Origin: Podarcis tiliguerta
Taxonomy: Eukaryota
Strand: one strand, 5' to 3'
Assembly (NCBI GenBank): GCA_965153285.1
Contig: OZ229111.1
Length of the DNA stretch: 64,000 nt
Shown here piece after piece: positions 37,415 to 50,783 of this stretch. Below the pieces are notes generated by a model. That model was given only the letters and a program-made list of their open reading frames with translations, was not told where the DNA came from and made no database searches. Each line of letters starts with the position of its first letter. Positions within the stretch are counted from its first letter, which is position 1. The position numbers and the translations under genes were made by a program.

Positions 37415-40400
37415 CTGCAATGTTAGGAAAATAAGTTAGAAACCATTTAATTCATAAAAACACTTATTTCCACCTATTAATACTAGCCAAGCTTTCTGGC
37501 TTTTCTTTCCGGGGGAAGCTATCTGGTTACTGCTTGTAAAACTGGTTAATTCATGGCTTACCTTTGTTGATGACAGTGAATCCCTCCCTCTCTCACCTGC
37601 CACAACCAGTGAAGGTTTACGGTAATTTTATTTTTCAGTAACCTCATAGTTAAAAAATCTGAATTATCCTTGAAGTCCTTTGTTGCATTAATGACTCGTT
37701 GTAGCATCACTTCCTTAAAGTATCGTGTGAAGAAAATGATTTGTGTAGCTTTCCCTTTTTAGCAATGGTCAATGTGTGGAAATTAGTTGCAATTCTTTTT
37801 TTAAAAAAAGAGAAAATGACTTCATTTGTGGGTGAACCTGGAATATGAACTTTCTGCAGATTTTAACTACTTCAGGAACAACAACAGAATGTGCAACACA
37901 GGAATGGGAAGATATATTGGACTAAATAGGAAATGAGCAGAGTTTGCTATAATGAATTAACTTAATGAAGAACTGATGAAATACCTTTGAAGATTTGCTG
38001 ATTAATATTTTAAAACGGGCTACTGCAAGAATAACTTTAAAAGAGAGTGTACATGCTAGAAAAGTAAGCAGTTAATCCAGCTGTGGAAATACTCAAGTTC
38101 CTTCTCAAGTATACTTGAGAAGCTACAAGAAATAAGTCAGTCTCCTTACACAGATGTGTCAGCAAGTGATTCCAGGGCAACCAAGCTTACTTTTCTGGCA
38201 AGATAAATAGTTTACATATGAGGGGAATGTTAACTGAAAACATGTCTATTTAAACTCTTAGGGAGTAAGGAGTGCTTTAGCAGAAAAGATGCATGCCACA
38301 TTAAGTATTTGTGCCGTCAACTTGGAAGCTATACATAGAAGTCTGAGAGTGACAAATCTGGAGGCATTATGACCTAAAGCAGCAGCCCTCAATACTTACT
38401 AGTAGTAAGGCCCATTTAATTCAGTGGAACATCTGAGTAAACATGTTGAGGATTGGGTTGGAAAATCCTGACTAGTTAAAATAGCGTACCGACAATCAAA
38501 TGAAAACTATACAGAAGTAGTAACATGAATGTATCTTCAGCAATGTATCACCTCCAGAATGAAACTGATCTAGTTGTGAACAGGAACATTCTGATTTTGA
38601 ATGAATTCTGCTCTTTACTAGATCATCTCTTGAGGAGGCGGAAGAGGAGGAGGAGGAGGTTTCAGCAGCTCTTTATGGCCAGGTGCTGTCAAGGTTCAGA
38701 AAACAGATTTAGGCTGAGTATTATTGTGGGGTGGGAATGCTGATAATAGAAACAGGGCAGTTCTTCTACAGTTAATCAAGTTCCATCATGATAAGTCTCA
38801 ACGGGCTATAGCTAATAGAACTAGTGAATTTGAAATTTTGCATACACATGGTCTACCCGATGAGGTGTATGAAAGTACCCCCCCAAAAAAAAAGAACAAT
38901 CCAATAAAAATTATCACAGATCCAACAAGTTTAAAAGTTTGACCTCTTTCCCATTTATAAAGAAATCACATATTTCTTTCAAATTTTGGTGAAAAGTACT
39001 GATATACTTTGTTTGGCCTTTTTGTGAAGTAGACCTTTTAAGTGGTCACGTTCTAATCCGTGATTCAAAAGTTATTGTGGTTTCCCCTCTCCATAAAGTA
39101 AAGTACCGGGGGGGGGGGGGGAGAGAATACTGCTGGGCATGACTGAAGCTAAAATGTGGCCAGGAGGGCAATGCTTGCAGCGGGAGTCACCTAGCTGACA
39201 GTATGTGTGGTATCTATTCCTTTAGTTATGAAATATCACAGTGTGGCGCAATGGCTACAGTGAGGGCTTGTCAACCTCTTTGGAGCCATGGGCACGTGAG
39301 AGATTGTCATAAGGAACCACATGCCCCAGAGTCACAGATGCATCCATCCTATCTCATACTGCAGCTCTGCACACAACCTGTCCCAAACTGTTACCCGCAT
39401 GAACTTTGCCAGGAGGACAGTAGTGATTCTTTTCTAGTAATTAATCTAACAACAACCCTGTGAGGTAGGCCATATGGAGAGAAAGAGACTGGGGCCATAC
39501 ATCCCTGTGAGTCGCAGATGCCCGTCAAAAACTCCATTCGATTGAAACAAAATTGAATGCATCAGGTTTCAAAGTTTCGGATTGGTATAGGGGTATAGCA
39601 GAAAGTTAAACTTGTCCTTGTCTGTGAAGATCGCGGTTCTGCTAGTTCCTCCTACACCAATCCATATGGCTGTCGCTTCCAAAGAAAGCCATCATGGGTT
39701 TGGGTCTCGTGGCCTTGAAACGATGGTACACTGTGTATATCCAGCATACTGTCTTCTCTTGCGCAATACGCTTACTAGCAGAACCATAAGCATACAGATA
39801 AGAACAAGTTTACCTTTCGAACTCATGATGAAGGCATCCATCTTGGGCTCCTTCCCAATAAAAGGAAGGTCTGCCTGGGCCACCACTCTGATCCAGCGCA
39901 CACTCTGGAGGAATTATCTGGGAGGGACAGCCGCCTTCCCTGCAAGGTAAGTTGCAATCAGGAAGGTCTTGATGGGCAAGGTCCAGGTTCATGTAAGTGG
40001 GCTTCCCAACCCAAAAAAAAAAGGCTGACCCTATAGCTTCTCTGCCTGGGATAGCTAAGTGCTACTACTGGCTTTTCTCAAATGCACTAAAAACACCAGG
40101 CAGAAATATTTAAGGCCTCTGGGGCTTTAGAACCATGGTGCAAGATTTTTGTTTTCCAGGTGCACCTGATATATCTGTTGCATATGCAGTGACCACAATC
40201 CAGAGTTCCCTTCGTGTGGGTGCAAGCACAAGGCTCCCCCACCCAAGAGCAGGCTCTCCCACCCCACAATAAATGAGCTTCTGTTTGTTTGGTTTTAAAA
40301 AAAAACTAGCATAAATTTAAATAACTGCTTGCTTCAGACAAAGCTGATGCATGGAATAAGACAGAAAAGGCCCCACTGCACATGCAGACCTCACACATCT

Positions 40401-41343
40401 CTCTGGATTGAGAATAATATCTGCATTTTAAAAAGGGGGAGGAGTGCTAGTAAGCCGATAATGCATCAGTGCCATCTAGTGAAAAGGGGGGAAATATTCC
40501 TCATGTAATTACATACAGTTTATAAATAAATTGCATCTGAAAACCAGGTTACAATGCACTAAATAAACAGTTCAGTGGTACTTACTCCCAGGTGTGCATA
40601 GGTTTAAGACCATCCACTATCTGAGGCAGAGAACAATGCTAGTAGCTGTCATGTTTGTCTGTTGTACTATTACCAGTACAGGGGGACAAAGAAGCTGTGT
40701 CTGGACAATGACTCCCATCATCCCTGATCGTTGGCTGTGCTAGCTTGGGTTGATGGGCGTTGGGAGCCCATTAACATCCGCAGGACCACAAGTTTCCAAT
40801 CCCAGTTCTAACACATATGGCCAGCTCTGCATGGTGAGCAAAAAGTGATGAAGATTCTTGCTGGGTCTGCAGTGACCCTGATCTATTGTATTTAACGATT
40901 CCATATCCATCCAATGCACATTCCCTTTAAAAACTTGTGCAACAAAAAATATACTTTCCATAGGACACCCTCCTCTCTTCCAGAAAGGTGGTGGGGCAAA
41001 ATGTTTGAGATGCAAAGCTTTTAGTAATATTACTGATGGAATTTGGTGTGTTTTGTAGAAATCATGCAACCCTATAATGAAGTTAAGCCTAGGGAAAGCT
41101 CCAGATAAGACTTTACAACTTCCTTGGAACAAATCGACCATTTGTTTGCACTAGCAGCAATTAGGACATAAATAAGAGGAAGCATTTGCGCTCCTTTGTG
41201 GAACATCTGAATGCTAATTACAAGGGAGCCTATTTAATGTACTATATGTTACTACGTAGAGTCATCTGCAATCCCTATACCTGTTTATATGGGCACAGTG
41301 GAATGAATTAAAAGTAACGAAGCTCATTTCCTCCTCAACATCA

Positions 41344-41595
41344 AGAAGAAGAAGAAAAAGAGGAGTTGGATTTGAAATCCCGCTTTATCACTACCCTGAG
41401 GAGTCTCAAAGCGGCTAACAATCTCCTTTCCCTTCCTCCCTCACAACAAACACTCTGTGAGGTGAGTGGGGCTGAGAGACTTCAGAGAAGTGTGACTGGC
41501 CCAAGGTCACCCAGCAGCTGCATGTGGAGGAACGGGGACGCGAGCCCAGTTCACCCGATTACGAGTCCACTGCTCTTAACCACTACACCACACTG
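41344..41595 (-). mobile_element. tRNA-derived MIR/CORE-like SINE with (CTT)n tail
   Basis: Head CAGTGTGGTGTAGTGGTTAAGAGC on the - strand; relatives at 53990-54112, 58715-58920 and 39447-39511. Confidence 0.8.
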
Positions 41596-42390
41596 AACAT
41601 ATAGCTGCTAGTGTCGGTTTTGAATGCCGATTTGCAAGTTTGCAAGTATGCACGCTCTTGGAGGTAGATTTTAAAAGAGAATATAGGCACAGATGACTTC
41701 AGGCATGGAAACTAAGATTAAAAACATGACTGTGTTGACCAGCACAATCAATAGCAGATTGTGCACGAAATGCTATCAGAACAGTTTGTTGCAATGGTCT
41801 GTTACTGCCTACATAGTTCTGTTTTAATAGGCACGGCCATTTAGGGTAGGTATGGGGAACCTCCAGCCCATAGATCTAATTACGTCTGGCAGGGGTCTCA
41901 ATTTGGTCTGCAAGGCCATTTCCCCCAAACCACAGTCCCGCAAATGCTGCATCAGATGAGGGGCAGGTAAAGGCTGCCAGTGCACAATTGGGAACCTTTA
42001 AAGGCACTCCTGATGGTGACAGGTAGGCTCCCTTGCCAGTGCACAACCAATCTGCTAACCGTCACCAAAAGTAAACCAGCTCAAATATGCTGTGCTACAG
42101 AGTTGCCACAGCTGATTCCACCCAAAAATGGAGCCTGAAGTCAGCTACTATCAGCTTACTGGGGGTAACTTCAACCCCCACTTGGCTTAGAATTTCTATG
42201 TAGCCCAGTTGCCACACTACAAAGGAAAAATGGGTCACCTGACATCATAGTGAAGTCAGATGACTGTCAGGTGGGAGGGCCACCAAAATGGCCCAAGGGT
42301 GCAGCAATGCAAGATCCAGCCAACTGACTGGATCCAGCTCCCTACCCCGATTTAGGAAATACCTTAAAATTAGGTTCCAAAAGCATACTT

Positions 42391-42741
42391 AAAGGTAAAG
42401 GGACCCCTGACCATTAGGTCCAGTCATGGCCGACTCTGGGGTTGCGGCGCTCATCTCGCTTTATTGGCCGAGGAAGCCGGCGTACAACTTCTGGGTCATA
42501 TGGCCAGCATGACTAAGCTGCTTCTGGCGAACCAGAGCAGCACACGGAAATGCCGTTTACCTTCCCGCCAGAGCAGTACCTATTTATCTACTTGCAATTT
42601 GATGTGCTTTCAAACTGCTAGGTTGGCAGGAGCAGGGACTGAGCAACGGGAGCTCACCCCGTCACGGGGATTCGAACCGCCAACCTTTTGATCGGCAAGT
42701 CCTAGGCTCTGTGGTTTAACCCACAGCGCCACCCGCATCCC
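42391..42741 (-). mobile_element. Sauria SINE, full length
   Basis: Family match; direct repeat GCATACTTA on both flanks. Confidence 0.92.
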
Positions 42742-43474
42742 ACAATGCATACTTAGTCTTGCGTTATTTGTGAGTCATTTAGCTTCATTAGATATCTCCC
42801 CGTCCCCCCCAAAAACCTCCTGTACTTTTATGTTGATAGTTATTGAAAGTATGAGCAGCAGAACACAATCCTCATCTCTGTGTTGCTCACCATATAAGCA
42901 AGGAATTCAAGATGAAATTCTGAGACACATATTGTCATCTGCCTATGCTACGTTGAACTGAAAGAATTAAGAGAACATACAACATTTAATTGTGGTCTCC
43001 TTCCTCATGAATCACCGTTATTTCTATAATACTACACTGTACACCAGAGCATGCTCAAATATAGAAACACAGAGGCTGCCTTATGCATGGCAGACCATTG
43101 GTCCATCTACTTCAGTACTGTTTACAATGACTGGCAGTATCCAGGATTTCAGGCAAAGGTCTCTCCCAGCTTCTTCTGGAGATGCAGAAGATTGAACCTG
43201 GGACACTCTGGATGCAGAGCAGATTGACATCCAGCCAAAGTAAAACGCTGGTGAAAAAGCAGCTACAAAAGTCTGTGACTGAGTAACGTACCTAAGTGCA
43301 AGTAGCAGGCAAGCACCAAAGAGTACTTGTCCACCCTTGCACCTTCACTGCCACAGAGCTGACCCATGTTTTCTTGGCTAGGTAAAGCTCATAATTCACT
43401 CATCTGCTGCTCTTTAAGAGGAGGGAGAAAGGACACCCCCCAAGTCCCCAGTTATCACCCAACGGAGGAGATGC

Positions 43475-43830
43475 AGTAGAACTATCATAAAATCAGAATT
43501 GGAGGGGGCTTGTATGCCAGAGCTACTGCAAACTCAAGAGATGGCTGCCCAGCCTCTATGTTAAGCTCTCCGGTGACACCTTGCCCATTCACCCACCCCA
43601 ACTAAATAACTGGTTCCATCCTCAAACTGTTCTTACTGTCAAGAGGTATTTCACAATGCTCAGTGAAATCTACCCTCCTGTAATCTATGCTCATTAGATC
43701 TACATCTGGCCTCTGAGGAGCACAGGACAGATCTTTGCCCTCTTCTATGTGACAGTTTTTCACATATTTGAAAAGTGCCATTGTGATTCCCTCCACTTCT
43801 TCTCTACTGGCTAAACATACCAGACTTCTT
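43475..43830 (-). mobile_element. CR1 LINE 3' fragment
   Basis: ORF 43602-43796 ALFKYVKNCHIEEGKDL resembles the CR1 ORF2 C-terminus. Confidence 0.7.
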
Positions 43831-46156
43831 GCTGGCGGGTGTCCAGCAGCAGAATGTTCTCTGCAGGGGCAATCATCTGGTGCCTGCTATGTTAGAGACC
43901 AAGTGAAACTGAATTTATTTTCCAGATATTTTAATGCATACAATTTAAACCATACTTCTGCTGTTAGAGTAAATGATTGTTTCATTCATTGTTGTTTGTT
44001 GGATTTTATTGTATGTTTCAGTGATAGTTGCTTTGAAAGTTACTTTTGAACTGAAACCTGGGATACAAATATAATGTACAATCAGTGCCCCCTTAAGACA
44101 TTTGAGACCTGAAGTCACTATTCCAGGCAACATCCCCCAGTGACACTTGTCCCTCCAAAATACAGGGGCAAGTATAATGTGTGTGTGTGTGTGGGGGGGG
44201 TGTTAATCAAAAGGAATTCTTTTCCAAGAATATGACTGCTCACCCAAGGTATCTCACTAGCTTTTCTGTGTCTTGCATGTGATACAAATTGAGTCTGAAA
44301 ATTAGTGGTTTAACAAAGACAAAGTTCTGTCCTGAAAACTCATAGTCTTAATTTATTTATATGAAACCTTCAACTTAATTCTATACTCAAAAGATATTCC
44401 CACTGTGTTTAATGGGCCTTACTCCTAATAAAGCATGTGTAGGATTGCAGCCTTAAAGACAATTCCACAATCCCCAGAATCATATATAAATTTAAATTGC
44501 TTCAACTTTTTTTTTTAAGCAAACCAGTCTGTCAGGGATAACCAGACCATCAAGAAGGCAGCTATCCTTCCTCTCTCACATGCTGAACAGGTTTATTTGG
44601 TTGAAGGAAACAATCTCTGCTTGCTGATACAAATCATTTGTCTTTTTGCTGCAGCCACACCCTTGGTGCTTGCTGATTTTGGCCTGTTCTCTCCCAACAT
44701 GTCTAAAGTCATTGACAGTGCATGACTTGCACCACCAACGAGTTAAACAAGCAGGTGGCAACAGCAAACTACTACAAGGCAAAAAAGATTCAGGACCTGC
44801 CTCATTTTGGTCATGCTTCGTTCATAAAAGGGATTGAAGGAACCCAGTCAGAATTACTGTTATCACATTTGCTTCCTCTGATCTAGCAGCTACAATGGGC
44901 TGAGAGAATGGGATCATGGAAAGGGATGAGTATGGCAGTAGAATTTGTCTTTTAAAATTATGAATGTTAAGATCAATAAAAACACAGGACAAAGTGATAT
45001 TCCTAATCCTGATTATTACAGCCCACCATTTTAATGATTAAATTGGCCCTACATGCAGCACAAAGGAAATATTGAACTCATCACAATTGGCGCTTTAGAG
45101 AAGAGGGGCTTGGATTGAAAGTTTGACTTCCATGAACTGAAGTTATCTCTCCATTCACAGAAAACTTCCCATCCAGCAGAAGGGCGGGAGAAAGGCCACA
45201 AATTTATGCCCATTTCCCCTCCAGTGCAATAGAGGGGAGAGGAATGGCAAAAATCGGTTCTTCTTCCACTGGCAAGAGCAAACTCAGAAGCCAAACCAGC
45301 CTTGTTTTACAAGCATCACTTGAACCCATTCCTAAAACAAGCTTGCTGTGGATGTGCCTGCCTATTTGCTAATAAAGCAATTTATTGATCTTGATCTCTG
45401 GTATAGAAAAAGAACAACCTTATCGTTACTATGTAGCCTTGTATGCAATGCACCTTACTACTGACAGAGTGGCATATTACAACATGTTCCTTCTTGTGAA
45501 ACTAACCTGAAAAACACGCTTGTTTTGAATTCCAGCTGCTTCTAAGGAGAGACAGTGCAGAGCTCTGTTTTGTTCACAGAAGATCTGCAGGCAGTTTCAA
45601 AGGACTTTGTTTGATTGGGCTGGGCTGAGGTCCCCACCCAAGCCTGACAAACCAATAGACTAACTTGGTTTCAGTTAATTGGGCTGCTTCTCAAGGTCCA
45701 CAGGATTTCAAGACGGTTTCTTAGTATGTAAATCGGCTCTATGCACACAGGCAAGAACCACATCCAAAACTTGCTTTGAAACTTTGCACACAGCTTTGAC
45801 AGCTAGCATTTAAACTGGATAGCATCGTGCATCTTTGAAACGGAAGCTCCCAAGATTGCAGTTGTTAGATCAGTAAAATTTCATATATGCCTAAGGATTG
45901 GGGGGAAAGCCATAGGATAAAATCTAGTTGTGCTAGTCTGCCAGCAACACTTTCTCACTCCCCACCAACTGCAGCCCCTCACATACCCCCAAAATTTGCT
46001 TTAATGGTGGGCTCTCAGAAGCAGATTTGGGGGAGTGAAGAGGGAGCTGTAGGAGGAAGGGGAAGTCTACTCTCACCAGGGTATCTGTAAATTCTCTGTT
46101 GCAATTATTTCATAGCTATTTACTAAAAATAATAAAATCAAAGGCAACATACTTAC

Positions 46157-46242
46157 ATGCTTAAAACAATTAACAGGAGCGGCAGTGAAACTATTGCTAT
46201 TGATGTAGTTGCCCCAACTGAAGCCTTCCACTGGAACAGATG
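46157..46242 (-). CDS. MBTD1: MBTD1 exon
   Basis: ASVPVEGFSWGNYINSNSFTAAPVNCFKH. Confidence 0.93.
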
Positions 46243-46891
46243 CTAGAAAGAGTTACTTTATTTAGCAATGGGTACATAATTTACTAAATATATTTTTAAT
46301 ACATATAAATTCATTCCCAGTCTCTTTTAGGGTGGGGGAGGAAACAGAAATGCACGGTTGTAAGCATGACCACAAGGTGAACATGGTGGATTATCCAAAG
46401 AAAATCCTCTAGAAAATTAACTTGTTTTTACAAAAGAATATAGATTAGACTGGAACTAATTAATGTAGGCCAGAAGCAAAAACAAAAAAACCAATTCCAA
46501 CCCATGCACTGATGCCATCAGGATTCATATGACAGTTAGTTATTATATCCAGTCAAATGGATATAGCAGTATGGGAAAGAAATCTATCTACCCCTAGAGC
46601 AGCCAATGTGTTCTGTTGAAAATGCCAATACAGCTGAAAGGGTAGAAAGCAAGGCACATAAGCCAAGTCCCTCAGAATGTTTCACAGGTTCACCCCAACA
46701 ACCAGTGCCCTTCAGCTTCAGATGAAAGACCCCACCCCACAATACTAGCAAACTTTATTCCTCTTATTCACTTGGAAATTGCTGAAATATGTGGTTAGAA
46801 AAACCTTACAATTCTTCTCGAAATTATTCCCCAAAGCTGAAAAACTGAATGTTAACCCAATGATAATTCCTCAGAGACTTCTCCACGTTAC

Positions 46892-47006
46892 CTGTTTTCG
46901 TCTTTGATTGGTTCTGTACTGTTGCTTGGTATTGGGCATATGCAGCTAATTTAGCAACTAAAGGTTGTTTTTGTAGCACTTTAGCCTTCTTTGTTGGAGG
47001 TTTTCC
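46892..47006 (-). CDS. MBTD1: MBTD1 exon
   Basis: GKPPTKKAKVLQKQPLVAKLAAYAQYQATVQNQSKTKT. Confidence 0.95.
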
Positions 47007-48484
47007 CTAAAACAACAAGAGCTGAATAAGGTTCTTTTCAAACTCACATCAAGACGTTTTAGAAGCAGGCTTTCTGGAAATCTGCTGCCCAAAATGTAAC
47101 ACTGCAGTTTCAGAAACAGAATTCATCAGAAAACTTTTTTTTTTTTTTTTTAAGTTTCTGGGCTGGGTAAATCCCATTCAAAAGACCGCCTAGCCTGCTG
47201 CTATTTTAACATTAATTTGAATTTTCTTTAAATACTGAATGTTACTATAACCAAGTGGCATTTGTGCACTGACAAAAATAGGAAAGGTGTAGCATGCATT
47301 CCATATGCTACAAAACTGATGTGCAATCCAAGCACAAAACGCAGACAAAAATATCTTTTGTTTCAGTGAAGGGCTGTACAACCTAACAGATGCTACCAAA
47401 ACCTATCAAGGCATGATATCTTCTTTAATTTTTGATGTCTCAAAGGAAACGCAAGCAAAAATGGGGGGGGGGGGGATATGTAGCTTATAAGCTTAATATA
47501 TAAAAATCGTGTTTCTGATCACTGCATTCTAACATTACAAGTAACACCGAATCCTAATTATTCAAAACTCTTGAACTAGGATTTGGAGAGAGCAATGGAA
47601 TTAGTCATGATCTTTCAAGCTTAACAAGCGCTCTCAGATGAAAATGCATTAGTATTCTGCTGTTAGAAGGATATCTAACACCGCAGGTGCAAATAGCTCT
47701 CGGCAGTTAAATCCATTGTACAATCTTTCCTTCAAGGCTGGCATTATACGTTAGCAAAACTGCACATTGCAAACATGATGGAATTTTTAAATAAAATTTT
47801 ATTATTATTCTTACACCAGCTTTTGCAGAAGCCAATTGAAAGTATTTGGACTACCGAGCTTTAAAGCAACTTTTACACCCATTACGTAATGGAGTGGAGG
47901 GGGCACTAGAGATTAGCATTCTTCAGTCCAATCTCATCTGTGTATCTGAAGCTTGTAGTTAAAAGTGTTCTCCGACATATATGCACAGTGATATCAATGC
48001 AGCTGTTTGAAAGGAAGATGTAAAGTAGGTAATGCTGCATGAGCAGTGTCTCCCTTATTTAACAGGACGTCCTCTTTCTCCCTGCATGCCCACAAAATCT
48101 GCTCCAGAGGGTCCCCTAACTCTCTGGAACAGATTTGGAGGGGTTTCACAAGAGAGGAGAGAAGGGTCATCTCCATTGCACATGTGGAAGTATGTTGTGT
48201 GAGTAGAACAGCAGTGTTGTACACAACCCAATGTAACTAAAACTACATTCGTACACACTAACTTACATTAACTTATTAAATAAATACATTCCAGTATCAC
48301 ATTTTCTTAGCCTCCAAATAATGGTTTGGAATGGAAGAATCTGTCCATGAACTGTCTGATCCTGGTTCAGATAGGTCACTCAAACAACTTTGCTAGTTTT
48401 GCTGTCATGGCAAAATGTGGTTTGACAAATCAGTCAACATCTATTAAGTTCATTATGCAAAAGGAAGAGGAAGTCATGCATAGA

Positions 48485-48596
48485 TGGGAAACCCAGCCAG
48501 ATGGGTGGCTTATAAATAATAATAATAATAATAATAATAGTAACAGCAATAGTAATAATAATTATCATCACCATCATCATTATTACTATTACTATA
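48485..48596 (+). repeat. L2-tail-seeded (AAT)n/(CAT)/(TAT) microsatellite
   Basis: gggaaacccagccagatgggtggcttataaat(aat)n. Confidence 0.8.
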
Positions 48597-48876
48597 GCGG
48601 CTCATTCCTGATCCTCCAAATAATTGTTTGTACTTCTTGATTTGTACACATAACAAACTTACAGAGTTTGTTTTACTGAGAAGTGGTAACAACCACTAGG
48701 TTAGATTCAAGTGGTGAGTGGTTTTAATTTAAACATTTCTGCAATGCTCTTTTTCTGTATTATCTCACAGCAGTTTACATTATGTAAACATACAACATAT
48801 ACACACAACACAATCCACATTATAAAATATTACAATACAATAAAATGTAACTACTATAGCCACATATAAACACAAC

Positions 48877-50640
48877 TAAGCCTTGTGGTACCTCAAACAC
48901 TACAAGATTTATTGTGATATATACTTTTGTGGACTCAAGCCCATTTCAGATGCGTAAAGCGAAATCTTAGTTGGCAGGTACACAGAGGATGAAAACTGTA
49001 AGGTGGGAGCTGAATAGCAATGAGATACAAAGATTACGGACTGTGATAATAAGAGCTTAAACATGTAGGCACACTTTTCTAACCGCAGATTGATAATAAT
49101 TTACCCAGCTTTGCTGAGGTAATTGAATTACAACTATAATGGGGCAGGGAACCATTCATAAGAAACAATAATAGATGTCAGATATCCCTGGCAGAGGTAA
49201 GTCAATTAACACATGTAGCATAATAAAAATCCTTTGGGTGAAATCCAACTTAGTACTAAGTGCACATTGGGGGAAAGGTCCATTTGCGCAACAATATTTC
49301 CTGCCCTTCCTCCCACACGCCTCCTAAACCTGTTATGGAGGTTCTCCCAGCTCTGCAAAGCAGATTTAGGTGGGGTGGGGTGGTGGTGGAGAGCAGCCCC
49401 ACTGTGAAAACAGACCTTGTTCTCCCATCGCAACAACTTCGTTGAATCCTGCCCTCTCTGCATTTTATTTAATTCATTAATTTACAAATTGCCTTCCATA
49501 TGCATTTCAAGACAAACACAAACTAAAAACAGTTTTGAAAACAGTACAAAAACAACAAATGAAGACAGGTGGTTATTCTGTATTATTTAAAAATCTATGG
49601 CAGAGATCGTTTCACCAAACTGAAAAAGTTTGTCCACACAAACAAGGGCAAACCTAGAACTCATGCCATCTAACTTACTGATAAATTCTAACTCAGCTGT
49701 TTCATGTGGTAAAAGGTAAAGGGACCCCTGACCATTAGGTCCAGTCGTGGCCGACTCTGGGGTTGCGGCACTCATCTCACTCTATAGGCCGAGGGAGCCG
49801 GCGTACAGCTTCCGGGTCATGTGACCAGCATGACTAAGCTGCTTCTGGCAAACCAGAGCAGCACACGGAAACACCGCTTACCTTCCCGCTGGAGCGGTAT
49901 CAATTTATCTACTTGCACTTTGACGTGCTTTCGAAATGCTAGGTTGGCAGGAGCAGGGAGCGAGCAACAGGAGCTCACCCCGTCACGGGGATTCGAACCG
50001 CTGAACTTCTGATCGACAAGTACTAGGCTCTGTGGTTTAACCCACAGCGCCACCCACATCCTTTAACTTCCTTCATTCCAGAATGGCCACCTTAAGGTCA
50101 GTTACAGAGTGTCCTGAAATATTAAAGCATTCCCCTACAGGTTTATGAATACTGCCATTTCTGTTAGCAGATTTGTGTCTATCTATTTCTGTTCTTTTGC
50201 ACAGAGACTTAACTGGCTGTCCTATGTAGAAGGATATTATTGGCAGATAATGGAATAAATCACACTGGAAGACGAGCAGGCAAATGAGCCCCTGAAGTTG
50301 TGGATGACATCATTCTATCCTGCTACAGTGTTGCCACAGTGGACATGGGAGTTGGGCTCGAGTGTCCTTATCTCTGCTATGTGGCTTTTTGTTGATGGTT
50401 GAGTAACTGTTTTAGGTTTTGGGGGCTGTCTGTGAGCAAGCACAAGCCTGCCTTCCAAGGCATCTCATTGTCATTCAACTTTCACCTTACAGTTTGGTTA
50501 TTTACACAACTGCCAACTAAGATTTCACTTCATGCATCTGACAAAGTAAGCTAGAGCCATAATGAATGTGTTAGTTTTAAGGCACCACACATTTTGTTGT
50601 TTTTCCTACAGGAGGCCAATGCTGCTGTCCTTCTGGAAAT
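48877..50640 (-). mobile_element. Decayed Penelope-like element (GIY-YIG part) with inverted terminal repeat, interrupted by insertions
   Basis: - strand 50062-50460 reads LAHRQPP...GSFACSSSSVIYSIICQ..YIGQ...KPVGECFNISGHSVTDLKVAILE, continuing as ETAELEFISKLD after the SINE; 48877-49027 is repeated in inverted orientation at 50460-50600. Confidence 0.8.
49708..50061 (-). mobile_element. Sauria SINE nested in the Penelope element
   Basis: Family match to the 42391 copy. Confidence 0.92.
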
Positions 50641-50660
50641 TGCAATATTATGGACGTTAA

Positions 50661-50783
50661 TTAATTAATAAGCAGCAAATGCCTGGATGAACAGATGAGT
50701 GTTAAGCAGGCGCTTTATCAACAGCATTAAGCGCCTGCTTAACACTCATCTGTTCATCCAGGCATTTGCTGCTTATTAATTAA
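50661..50783. repeat. Perfect inverted repeat, 55-bp arms, 13-nt spacer
   Basis: 50661-50715 is the exact reverse complement of 50729-50783. Confidence 0.97.

Noticed and set aside
39120-39390. Series of 5-7 bp hairpins flanking the anomalous segment
   Set aside because: A spot check near 20700 gave similar short hairpins, so they are background.
39511-39548. CRISPR-repeat-like GTCGC...ATTGAAAC
   Set aside because: Single occurrence; the next GTCGC...TTGAAAC (39672-39721) differs in length and interior; no array and no cas genes.
39825-39891. C/D snoRNA (ATGATGA ... CTGA)
   Set aside because: Antisense to the host intron, no terminal stem, no recognisable rRNA guide.
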